A DNA stretch of 64,000 bases from Balanoglossus misakiensis (Eukaryota > Animalia > Hemichordata). A program made the translations under genes and the position numbers. Of this stretch, positions 1-12,262 are shown in pieces (the first letter of the stretch is position 1; each line of letters opens with the position of its first letter). The DNA lies in contig CM082592.2 in assembly GCA_040954595.2 (NCBI GenBank), positions 8,481,677 through 8,545,676 of the forward strand. The letters run 5' to 3'. A model generated the notes under the pieces. It did not search any database. It was not told where the DNA came from and worked only from the letters and a program-made list of their open reading frames with translations.

Positions 1-956
1 ATCTCAAACCCTGAGCTTCCATTTCTTTCTTCCCAGTCACTTGCTGATATTAATACTGTATCGCACATTTTCTGAGCAACGATCTCTTTATACCTTCTCT
101 CCAAGCTGGTGAGAACTTGTTTAGCTTAGAAATAGAAGACAAAAGTGCCTACTTTCACTCAGCTGTCTGGAATGGTTTTAACTCAAAGCGGCTTACGCTA
201 TTCCACAATGGATGTGTTTGACACTTTTGTTTGGTCATAAACTGTAATACAGTGAGTACCAAGCGGCTAATGATCACTCTCCAATGTTCTAGGCTTTTTT
301 TTGTAGCAATTCTTTAGAAGAAGAAAAAACGATCAGACATGCTTCCACACTGTTGCATAACCAAATTAGGCTAACCATTTTCTTTTTTGTAATTTTAATA
401 GTGTGAAACAGAGATTGCCGAGTAATTTGTGTTATCTTTACCGAAGAGCGTCAGTATATCTTAATTTTTTTTAAATGCTCAATTAATTTTCCTGTAATTG
501 CTGTCAGTGTGAAACTGTTCACAGTTATTAATATCAGCTATTATAGTCAAAAACAAATTAATTAAAAAAAACAATGCTGCACTGTTCTCACTTTGAACAA
601 TAGACTGTGACATCACTTAATTAATTACCCCCTACCACCCTTTGTTAATTAATTAGGGAACACAAAAGAGTGTGCTGAAACGGTTAAGTATTGATGGAGA
701 CTTCATCAACACGAACAGAAAACCACCACTGGTGATCTGGAACTGTGTCGTTCGAACAAATGAGCTGCTCGCGCGATAAAAGGGTCACCCTTGAGATCAG
801 AAAAGTGTCAGACTGAACGCTTTTGGTGATGCATCATTTTTCAAGTTATATACAGTGGCATAGGCAATGCTACATCACAGTCACTCAAGAGGGACTGTGG
901 CTACATGCAATATAATAGCATCACTACTATACTACACTAGACATGCAGCCACTTAC

Positions 957-1332
957 CTGATACTGTTTGAACATAGCCCGCGAAGAGGGCGAGTTTTTTG
1001 TGAGTCTCCAACGCAAAGAAGAGGCTCGATAGAGATAAGAGCGCTCCGAGCGAACACATAATGCACCCGCCTCCGTAAAGTACCACGGCAGCCTGCCAAA
1101 CTCCAACGGGGAGTGTCATCAAGTCAAACCGACCCCCTCCAAATATATGACAAACTTGACTACTCGCGGGGACGTGTAAACAGTAACTGTACAGACCAAA
1201 GCTGGAAAGGTCCAGGCCTTCGGATTTGATGAACCACGTCGGTGCGCCAAAACTGACACAGCAGGCCGCAGCCAAGGCCAAAGACAGGAGCGTCCAAAAT
1301 ACGGAGAGTGGGGTGATTGTCAAAGAAGACAT
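957..1332 (-). CDS. LHFPL/TMEM211 (LHFPL7)-like tetraspan membrane protein, first coding exon; gene continues off the left edge
   Basis: MSSLTITPLSVFWTLLSLAL...PTWF...SFGLYSYC...C...FGG...LP.G.WQAAVVLYGGGC...AGYVQ matches the LHFPL family pattern. Splice donor CAG|GTAAGT after 957. Confidence 0.8.
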
Positions 1333-2089
1333 GATTGCCTGGTCGAATGATTCCTCAACTAGAAACGTGATTGAAAAATGTTATGTTCCCGATGTACATC
1401 CCGAAGACCATCAGCCTAGGGATGGATCCACAGATAAGTCATATCTCCGAACTTTGCGAGGTACTTTCTATCTCGAAGACGACAAAACTCCCATTGAGTA
1501 AAGTAAAACTGCAACTGAGCTATTGCGACTTCCCCGCGCGATCGCGATCGCAGAAGAAAGTTGGAACTGGCCACCACTGATCAAAGACTAAGACAATATC
1601 TACGTGTGCACTCACTCTCTATGAGTTAGAGAATTACCCGATCGGAAGGCTGCTCGATCGTTTTCAGGCCTCCACTAAACAAACACTTGCCCGGCACGTT
1701 ACATGCTGGAGGGCGCAACACTGCAATCGCAGGTGCCCGGTAACCACAGCTACGTGTACAGTAGCCTAGCCAACTGTCAACAATGAAGTGATGCGTTCGC
1801 GTCCGTCACCGATGAATGAATGAACGCGGTGGATTTTGCAGTAAAGGACTTCTCAAGAGTACCGTGTCCGAACGATTTCAGTTGTTACTAAAAAAAACTG
1901 ACATATATCCTCCGGTGTCATTCACGCATTGATAGTATTGCCCAGTAGCACGCACGTTTCGCAGAGAGATGATGAAGCCGGCCGGTCGACCTGTTCACAC
2001 TTCCGCAATCTGTTCATGAATGAACATATGAGAAACGATACTTTACCCACAATCCATCATAATTCTCTAGCCAGCTACACCTCGCATTA

Positions 2090-2311
2090 TCTCGCGAGAC
2101 CTCCCGTTACTTCATTTCCCGACCTTTGACCTCCGCCTGATTTCATCGCTCGGATCTCTGGACTTTCTTTCCCATGGCACAAATTAATTTTTACCAAGTT
2201 ACGTTTGTCGGAAGGCCGGAAAATAGGATCACCTGAAAGATAGACGGAAAAGACCTTTGGCCACGCAACGATCAATTTCTGATATCTGCGCATTCAATCC
2301 AATATGGCGAC
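2090..2311. promoter_or_regulatory. Divergent promoter region of LHFPL-like and AKAP10, with a TCTCGCGAGA palindrome and an overlapping CCAAT/YY1-like motif
   Basis: TCTCGCGAGA at 2090-2099 (BANP-type CGCG element) and CCAATATGGCGAC at about 2299-2311, between head-to-head start codons at 1332 and 2440. Confidence 0.45.
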
Positions 2312-2439
2312 TCGCAGAGGAAACCTTTTACGTCGGAAGATTTTTCATTGAAAAGATTTTCGATCTCTCTGAGAAAATCGGCGCATTTTGATATTGCAAA
2401 TGGTTCACCGATTACTTGAGTATCGTTTTCCGGAGTAAA

Positions 2440-5400
2440 ATGCCATTTTTCAGGAAGAAATCGGGTAAGATCATGCTGTGTTTTCTTATGTTTGGGTATA
2501 AAATACCGACAGTTAAGTTTAACAAGTTTACCTCCCTCATCGATAGAGAATACAGCTAGACTAATAAGTGTTATCTGTGTATGAAGATTTCCTTGTAATC
2601 GACGGTCATGGTATATGGTAATTGCATCGTAAAATCGGTATTTTGAGTTGACAACCAAGCGATCTTTCGTCCTATTCTGTCGTGATGGAAATCACGTATA
2701 TGACCGTAGCAGGTGATCGTCCTTGTGGGCGTACCCAAGCAAAACAATGTCATTGTGCCCTTCTACCTCTCTGCTGCAATCGTACACGCTACAGTGACCA
2801 TGCACGGTTAAAAGGGGGCCATTGTTGGCGATATTTCAATACTACACTTAAAGATTACCAAGACAAACATCTAAATATATACATGTACCACTATTAAACC
2901 ATGAACTAACACAGGGGTGGCACATCAACAATTGATATTGATGTTCATATCATTTCTATACTTCAGACAAAAATCTGAGCGAGAAATCAGAAGACAGCAA
3001 GAAGACAAAACAAGCACCTGGGAGCAATAACTCATCCCCACTGCACAATTCCAGCAATTCACAAATTCCTAACGGAAAACCAGGTGGAAGCGCGTCCAAT
3101 GGCACTGGTAGTAATACAGGTGCCAGGCCGAAAACTCCTCTATTGAGAGTTGGAAGTGGTCTAGAAACTGCTGTAGGTGACTTGGGATCAGGTAATGATA
3201 TCTGCTTCATTACAGGGAATATATTCTTATTATAAAGCTTCAGTAACACCAACTCTGGGCAATTTTATCAATATTTTTCTTTTGGGTATCAACTGTGGTG
3301 TCTTGTTGTACTCTGTAAAACCCTGTACTTATAATGGCATATTTTTTCAGGCTATGCCTCGGCTCCGAAGTCTTCAGTGCCGAAATACCAATCACGGTTG
3401 TCGAAACCGTTGCAAGAAGTCCTGTACGACAACCACGGAGCACTGCCGCATCTTATACAGTTCATGACATCTCAGGGATGTCCGCAATTTGTGCAATTCT
3501 GGTTGGCCGCCGAGAGCTTCGGCTCCGTCACCTGGACAAAACTGAGGACAGAGTCGATGAACACTGTGAGCCAGAGCTCTGTGATTGGCAGCCCGTCCAA
3601 ATCTCAAGGACACGTCAACACCAGCAATAACGCAGCTCAGTCGGAGAGGGATATCCCGGAATTGTGCCACAACAGGTCGCCGGGAGACTCGACTGATTCA
3701 TCATCTCAGAATTCTTCATCGCCGCTGCGGCCGGATTCGAGCCAGGAGTGTGATGGAGGGTGCGAGGGGACAGAGGGGTCACAGGGCAATGACCCCGGTC
3801 ACAATTCCAAGGAAAAGGACAATAATTTACATAAATTTGATGAGGAGAGGTCAGCTGAGGTTTTGAAAAAAGGTGAGTTTCCATCGCATGGAGAGTGAAG
3901 CTTGCAGCCATTGAGGAGCTATACATACAGGTAGTACTTGGTCACAAAGCTCTATGCTAGGTATTTTGCCCGACATCATAGCCTGTATGTGTGATGACCA
4001 TTGTTATTGTTGACAAATGAATTCTAGTTCTGACCGGGTAAATGTAATTTTCAACAATAATAAGACTGGTTGCGTACATGTAAGCTGTGTTGACATAAAA
4101 AAACAACAACCCAGCAATCAAGAAACATAACAGAAGTACAGAAAAAAATAGTTGTAATTCACTTTACCTTCCCTTCTCTTCCTTCTGAACAGCCATAGAG
4201 TCTGACGCTGTCAATATTTTCACACGGTACCTGGGTCAGGATGCACCACACCCTATAGGTATCTCAGATGAACTGCGATCGGACATCATACGTAAGTTGC
4301 CCACTCATCTCGGATAACAGTGTTGTACACACAGCCTTGCAGCCCTTGATAGTTTCTCCACATGTAAACACATTACTGAAAGATCAGTATCATAAAAGGT
4401 CTCAATACTTGAATTCAGTAACGTTGTACAAAAAAAATTGAACTTTCTTATAATACTGATTATCAAAGCAAACACACAGAAGGAATGTTATATTAGAAGA
4501 ATTTGCAAAAAGAAAGTAAATGGTTTTATGAATGTTTTTTATGTGTCTGTCAGTTCACCAGACCATACTTAGTAACACAGGTATTTGCTCGTTAACCAGC
4601 TGACATTGGTGATAAAAATTGTACCAGGCAGTCACCTGCCAACATTTCAGAACAGTGGATGTTACATTACGTCTTAGAATAACTTTGAAAATTGAGAGCT
4701 AGAATAATACCGTAAATTTAATTTTGACAGGAAAGATATGCCGAGAAGATGGTCAAGTTGATCCGAATTGTTTTGTTCCAGCGCAGGACTATGTCTTTAA
4801 TGTCCTGCAAACAGTGTAAGTTTTCAAAACTCCACAGATTTCAGTTCTGCATTTTATTTTTACCCAAGTACCACAACTACAATGTAGGTGTATGTCTCTC
4901 TCTGCTTTCGTAGTGTGTATTTAGTACTTACAATATTGTGCTTTGGGTAAAATTAAATGTTTTATTTATCTATCACTGCAGATATTTTGATGCGTTTCTT
5001 ACGAGTGATTACCAGTGCAAATACCAGGTTGATATCCTGACTAGTGGCAAAGTGTACTTATCCGATATTCTGTACAACGAATCATCCATGTTTTACTTCA
5101 TGGAGGTAAGTCCACATTTCTTTATCAGGTCATCATAATGTATCAAGTTTTCTTTTGTGTAGATCAATTTATGTCTGCGTCAAAGAACCTGGTACCCCCA
5201 ATTGCAACCTACTTATTTGGTGATAATGATTATTGATCTAAAAGCATGATATTCTAGAAAAAATTCAAAATAGACACTTACTGTGCATGTGTGATCTTCA
5301 AAACGATACTTCAGACTGTTTTCCACCAGTTATAATTGGAAGCTTTCTCTCCTTGTGGAAACGTGTGACCTTGAAAGAAAATGTCAAACTATTAAAAAGG

Positions 5401-8400
5401 GCTCTCACATATTCCGTGAGAGGGTACAGTTGTTAGCCAAGAATTATTCGGAAACAACGGCTTTGCTGTCTTACGAAAATCCTGGTTAAGCTTAAACTGT
5501 AAAATTTAGCTTCAAACCATACGTAATAATTCATCAGGTAATCAGAGATCAGGATTTACTATACAGGCAGCTTTGCGGTTGACTGTTGCTCCTTGAGAAC
5601 AGTACTTGTAACCTGGGGCCCCGAGACAAATTCACTGTCATGTAATTATTTTCCGACTCTGATCATCTTGAGCTTGTAAGGTTAGTTACTCTATGTTTTA
5701 TTGATGCGGGATTCTGATTTAGCCTGTTGCAGTTGGACTTAATCAGTCCAGATTAGATGAACTTAAACCAGCAATTCCTGTTAGACTTTTAAAACATTCA
5801 TGGAAGAAACTCAAGAAGGTTGTAATTCTGTGAAACTGCATGGTATGGTCTGCTGTGTCATACAGTTGACCTTGATACAAGTCATTTAGCAGGAAAAGTA
5901 AGACTGCATCTATGTTTAAGTGTACTTGTAAGTCATTTGTGTTCAGTAATTGGTGGTTATTATCTTACCAGTCTAAGTCAGGGTCACTCTGTCTTAGAAT
6001 ACACGCGGTTGAAAGAAAGAAGGAGGTCAAAGCTGCTTACTTTATACCACAGTTATGAATTATGCATATTTACATCTCGGAAATGCTGTTGTAAATTTCA
6101 TTTTCTTTTTGTAGAGACGTGTAAATAAATACTACAGCCTCGATGGAGAGAGCTTGGTAATTGAATTAGAAACGCGCAAACTGTTGTAATAATTGTAATG
6201 AAATTACCGTGAGTGTTGTGCGTGATGTGATGTATGCGTGAATCTGTTAAAAATTATCAAAACATTCTGATTAGTTCGAGGCATTACATCTCACACATTG
6301 CAGTGTTTTATCCAATTTAGGGGTGTCTGGGAAAGCGAGAGGGAGAAAATAATACCGTAGTTTAGGTCGATATTGGCCAGTGAAATTGCAATAAGCGGTT
6401 GACAAGTGTTGAAATGGAACACCCAGATCAATACATGTTGATTAAGTTCTGAGTGTGCTAATATTAGCAGCAATGCATTACAGAGAAGTCCAATAAACTT
6501 TTGTCCAGCCGTGTGATGAAATGACTAGCAAAACATCCGGTCCTTTCAGCAAGATATTAAACTGGCTGATACATTTTATCGTGTAGAAGACTAGTATTAC
6601 ACCATCTTTTCAAATTTCCCACCTTCTAGTACATAGAGCAAGAGGATGCCAACGACCTACTGCAGTTTTGGTTGGCAGCGGATAATTTCCAGAGACATTT
6701 AGTGGAGCAGAATGGACAATACGATCCAATTGAGGCGCAGAATGATGCAATGGTCCTGTATGACAGGTGGGCAAATACATTGTATTCAAGCGTCAATGTA
6801 ACTTGCTATTCTCTCTTGCCAATCATTTCAGTGGTACATGTCCCACTGTTACTGCTAAAGTCTGTACACCCAGCTACCGCGACAATGCTTTGTAGAGAGT
6901 GATTCAGCGTTTGATTTTGGTGTACTCCGCTCGCAGAGAGACAGCTGTCCAATTTAGCATCCACAGGGGGGGGGGGGGGGGGGGGGGGGAAATGACTCCA
7001 ATGTAAACAGTTGATGTAGCCGTTCCAATCTCGAATCACTTGAGTGTGTTTGCCGTACATGTGTCAGAATATCTTGATCCCTGAGTCACAATCAGAGACG
7101 CGTTAATTTCCCCCCTGAAAATCACGGGGATAACATTTTATCTGTTTGCTTGGCGTATTTACGCATCGATCTACTTAATTGTGAACCCAATCCCGTCTCC
7201 GTGTGATTGTCAGCGACTGAATGAAGCCATGTTGTCCGATTCTACGAACACGCACTGGTAATAGTGTTATCAAGTCATCATTGTTGTATACTCAATCACT
7301 GAGATTTTTTTAAACGGCTACTAGTTGAACTCGACGAAGCAACTGTGAATATTTATGTGACACTATATTTATAAATGGAATTCCTGTTCCGTCTACCTCC
7401 GCAGGTATTTTTCTTTGCAAGCCACGCATCCGGTGGGATTCAGTGATGCAGTCAGGTTTGAAGTTGAGTGCAATATTTGTAGAGAGGATGGACCCCTGCC
7501 AAACTGTTTTGCCACTTCAATGAAAATAGCAGAAAATACACTAGAAAAGGTATTGTCCTGTATATGCTTTCCCAACCTTACCATGTCTCTGTTGCGTGTT
7601 GAGTGTTCAGTTGTTCAATTCGCGAATAAAAAAGCAAGATTAAGATGCTATAATCACATAAACCCGATGAGTAGATTTTTGAACGACCGTATCACTACCC
7701 GTCAAATATACCCACCACACAGGTCTACTTACGGGGGTTTCTGAGCAGCGAGCTGTACTTCAAATATCTGAACGAACTGATGAACCAGATCAAGAACGAG
7801 CAAGGTGGACTGGTGGTGCCCAGCCCCCACACGCGGCGGAAACGACACAACAGCGACACGGGCAGCGAACACAGCGTGGGCAGCCTGAAGGAGAAGAATT
7901 CCTCCAATAACACGCTGCTGGCCGAGGGGACCAAGCAGGTACACATGAAGGACAAATTGGCCGGTGATATGAGAATCGACACCGGGAACTTCGATCCTGA
8001 TGTTCTGTGGCAGAGACCTAAGGTCGGGTAAGTAGAGTAGACAAACTTGTCAGTGGTGTAAAATCTCCACACATGAACCATGTGGTCTCTTTTGCCTTCA
8101 GTTGGCCAGTTAAGGGTTTTAAGTTGTATTTCACAGTTTCTAAATGTTGTCTTTTGACAGAGGGATGTCTTTTGGCAAAGTCAATGAATTGGGTCAGTTT
8201 ATAGCTGAATGTGAACCTGATCCGGACATCAAGAAAGGAAAAAGTAAGTTATCATAAATATTACAGTGAAATTAATAAGTTGATTTTTGTGGAATTGCGC
8301 TGTACATAGGAATGTATACCCAAATTTAGCCACATGGATGTACTTCACTGTATGTTCGGGTTGTGGCTAAAATGTCTTGTTACAATACTTTTATTTTTAA

Positions 8401-9043
8401 ATGCCATTTTCCAATATCAGTTGTTTCTGTCGCATTTCAGCATCAAAACTTGACAAGGTCAAAAAGTGGGTGACAGGAGAAGAACATAAGGTAGGTTAAA
8501 TTGCTGTGGGAAAAGTCGAAACAAAGATGTAGAGATAGTGCAGTGTTATTACTGACATACGTGAGAACACCTGCCCTACCTACCTGCCTTTGTGCCCATA
8601 GTTCTACATTCAGGCTGTAATAGCTGTCTCCTCTGCTAAGCCATCATGACTGGTCAATGGAACTTCATCTGTAAAATGATAAAAAAGGGGAAATATGGGA
8701 TGTCATGCGACTGAAATGGTGGAATGTGTGTTTCGCTGTGTTTGAAGTGAATTGCGTAGTGATTTCTGTTCAGACTTGGGGGCATGAAAAGATTGAATGA
8801 ACCAGAATCGTGGCACAGATACAGATAATTCAATGAGTTTGGATTTGTTGTATGTATACGCAGGCCCAAGAAGACATGGCCTGGCAGATCGCACAGATGA
8901 TCATCAACGACGTCAGCAAACAGACACTCGGCCAGGATGGGGTCGCCGTGACAGAGACGCCGGACTTCCCGGAAGAAGCCGTCGCCACGACGAATTTCCA
9001 CAGAAAAAATTCAGCACAGAGTTCGGGTAGTGAGACAAAATGA
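2440..9043 (+). CDS. AKAP10: A-kinase anchor protein 10 (D-AKAP2): RGS domains plus PKA-binding helix, 12 coding exons
   Basis: Exons 2440-2464, 2967-3191, 3351-3872, 4193-4291, 4731-4815, 4982-5105, 6630-6766, 7405-7549, 7723-8027, 8161-8243, 8441-8490 and 8864-9043 splice in frame with GT-AG sites. Motifs: SRLSKPLQEVL, FWLAAESF, CKYQVDILTSGKVYLSDIL, FWLAADNF, EAQNDAMVLYDRYFSLQATHP, NICREDGPLPNCF, and the AKB helix AQEDMAWQIAQMIINDV. Confidence 0.95.
6511..6572 (+). ncRNA. Candidate intronic box C/D guide RNA with a U2-complementary guide
   Basis: C box GTGATGA at 6513-6519, D box CTGA at 6566-6569, guide AGATATTAAACTG at 6552-6564, 60 nt upstream of the AKAP10 acceptor at 6629. Short, with no clear C'/D' boxes. 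Confidence 0.3.
6966..6989 (+). repeat. Poly-G tract of about 24 nt in an AKAP10 intron
   Basis: Uninterrupted G run read directly from the sequence. Confidence 0.9.
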
Positions 9044-12000
9044 TCAGAGGTACGTGATAAAATGATATTATTATTACGCTTCCAAGACCATTGCAAATCA
9101 GTGGAATATAGGACACATTGGAATACATGCCTTTTCAGTGAAAATTTCTGCAAATTCCGGTGGTTGTAAATCGCAGTAAAAGACAGTCATTCGTTCATTG
9201 TTTTTCTCTTTGCGGTGGACCCCAGTGTAGATTGATGGATGTCAAAAGATGATTGAGATTTCAGGAGATATTTATTACTGAGCATCTGGCCTTATATGTC
9301 AACCATATTGACCTAGGTGTGTGTGAGTCTGGGTCAAGCTGTGACCTGAAAGTCATTTGCATATTGGTATGCCGCAAAGTCATTTGCATATCAGTATACA
9401 TGTACTGGTATTCTACACCCATATTTTTATGTTAGATGAGTAAGACCAGAGATGTTCTCATTGTTGAACACACTTTTCTTCACAGGAAAGCCGCAGTGCA
9501 AATAGTCTTCAACTAATCCCAGCGTGCATCCAGACGTCACAATGTGGATCAATCTGTCGCTGCCAAGAAATAACGCTACATCTCTCAGTTCTCAAGATTT
9601 CTTCCAAGAAGTTCATTGGAAACCAAGATTCTTTTGCACCGATATCTCGGTTTTCATGCAAGCAGAATGTCACTATGGGAAACACTGAACTGAAATTACA
9701 TCTGAAGACATCTGAAATTGCACACATCGACTAAAATGCAAAGAGCCATTTTTGAGTGGGCAAGTCTTTGCCGTACCCGTTCTATGCATTAAAGCACACC
9801 TTTGGTTATTGGCCAGTCACATTGACCAAACTTGTCCCCCAAGCAGACTGCAAGGAGAAATAATATTCTGATCTGTTTTTGTGTTTTCAGTGTGTGCTTC
9901 AGTCTTTTTTTGTGTGTGTTGTAGTAGACCCAACCCTACCACCACAGTTGTAAGATTCCAAACGTTGCATCATGTTTTGTGTCGCTGAATTTAGAAATAT
10001 TGTCCAAACAGAGCTGTGGTTGCGTTCTGGGCTATGTAGACGCAATTACCCAAGGTTTCAACTTGAACATTGTCACTTTATTTGTGTGAAAATATTTAAC
10101 ATTGTGTCGTGCTTCATCGATATTCATTGCAAACTCTTACTGTGATAATTTATTAAGCGGACATTGGCATACAATTGCCACAAGTGAAACAACTGTCGCA
10201 CAACTTCTATAAATACAAAAAAAAATTCCAGCAATTATTTGTGGCTTCTGCCATTAGAACAAAGAAATGAATGAATGGATGAATGAGTGTGTGAATTTAG
10301 GAAATGGTTTCGTCGTTTGTTTTATCAGAATTATTGTATTTCAGTCCAAATTGTTTTTGTTTTTTCAGAAAAAAAACATTAACACCATAAAGAATATAGG
10401 TGATATAACAAAAATAATTTTATATTAAATAGGTGCTTTTTCTTCGTTTTGGAAGATTTTTTGCAATTTTTTTTTCAAATGCAAAACCACTGGTTGGTCA
10501 TGTGTTTGTTAATTTTTTTTTGTAATTTTAAAGTGAAAATGTTATAGCTTTACGTTATCCTGCTGTTTTAAGGTACAGTTTGTAGAATTGATAATTATAT
10601 TCATGTATTTTGATACAAGTCAGCTGATTGATCAACTCAAAGTGATGTGCTCTCAACTCAGCATTTACATTTTGCTTTGGATATTCAGATTCTTTAAACC
10701 TGCTCTGATTGGATGGTTTTCATAGGCGCACTTTTCATAGACCAATCAGAGACAGCGTTTGAACTTGTTCCAGAAAAATAACCAATGTTCACTTTTATGT
10801 TTTGGCAGTAAAATAATAACAGAAACCACCCTATTTTCTGTGTGCAAATGGCATAGTCCAAATGCGACCAGCAATAACTCAAAACATCTCTCCTGTCATC
10901 TTTTTTTTCCTTTTCACCAAATATTTTCAGGATGTCTGCGAAGAGTGCAGTTTTCTGTGGAACTTTTCTATGATGTATTCATTTGTCATATTTACAAAGT
11001 GTACAAAACCCAATCATAGTCTCCCAACCGTAGTACTTCCAGTGTGCAAGAAAAGTGAGAGAGAATAACATATATTTGTAGATTTCCAAGTTATACTAAT
11101 CTACTTTGAAGTATTTATATGTGTATGTTCATTCTGTAAATACGCAGTGACTTGTATGTGGTGTAAGTTTGAGATATAGAATAATTGTAGGAGTAAGATT
11201 GCTCGCCCGAAACAGACTAAAAGGGAACCGGGCTGTGATTGGTTGATATGTGGCTGTTCCAGAATGCCCCCTCCCCTCATGTGGCTGTTCCAGAAATTTC
11301 CCCTCCTCCCCATATGACCTCTCTGTCATGCCTGTTTTGTAGTTTAGTTGTGGAAATCTCGGGTCCATCCTGACACAAATCACTTTATCGTGGGAGATTT
11401 CTCCAAACTGGCCAACCACTGGAGTTCAGTGGTTTGCGACTTTGGCTGTTTTTGTAGCAATGTAAGTTCAATCACATTTTTTGTGTCATGTTTATACAGA
11501 CTCTGTAAAACTTGTAAAATTGTACAGACCCTTTGAGTAATGAAGACAATAAATAGGATGTCAAATATCGGGGTCTTGGTTGTCATTAATTCAACAGCTG
11601 GTGATCGACGCTGTATTTAATGACTAAACACAAATGCATTCACTCAAACTATTTTACTTCTGTTGCTTCATCAGCAAATCTTTAATATTTCACCCTCAAA
11701 ATAAGGAAAATTTCAAAAACAGTAAAAATCGACTGTTCAATGAGACTGGTTGCTCTGAGGAAAATGCTATCACAGCAACATTCAATGTGATATTTCTATC
11801 GATGTAGTCACACTCGTTTAATCTAAACTGTTGTGAAACTTCAATGAACTTGCAATGTTGAAAAATGACAACACAGAATTTGTCATTGTAGTGGTATTCA
11901 AGCAATGTTTGCTTCTTCTTTTATAAATGCAACATTTTTGGTATTTTGTTATAATCAACTGCCGAGGGCGCTTCTTGCGCGGCAGCGCCCTCGGCCGGCG

Positions 12001-12262
12001 GAGTGTCCAGTCTATTAGTGTAAAAACGTCAGAACTGATGGACGCAGTGCGTGAGACAATAAATGGTGAAAGTTTAAAATGGTGATGTCTCTAGAACTGT
12101 AATAAAATAACTACGTTACAATTGGAACAAAACAGACTTCAAATGTCCCACACACGTGCACACTCACAGTCAATTTGACATGATAGTGATATCCAGCATA
12201 CAAACTGGCAATGCTTGAGCAACGTCAAAGTGTCTTTCGCTTTGGTGTCGTGGAAGCATTTG

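Noticed and set aside
3991-4033. GTGATGA...CTGA pair in an AKAP10 intron
   Set aside because: Only about 43 nt long and no recognisable guide target.
11248-11315. Tandem duplication of about 32 bp (TGTGGCTGTTCCAGAA...CCCCTCC) that could suggest a repeat array
   Set aside because: Only two units in a probable eukaryotic 3'UTR. It is a local duplication, not CRISPR.
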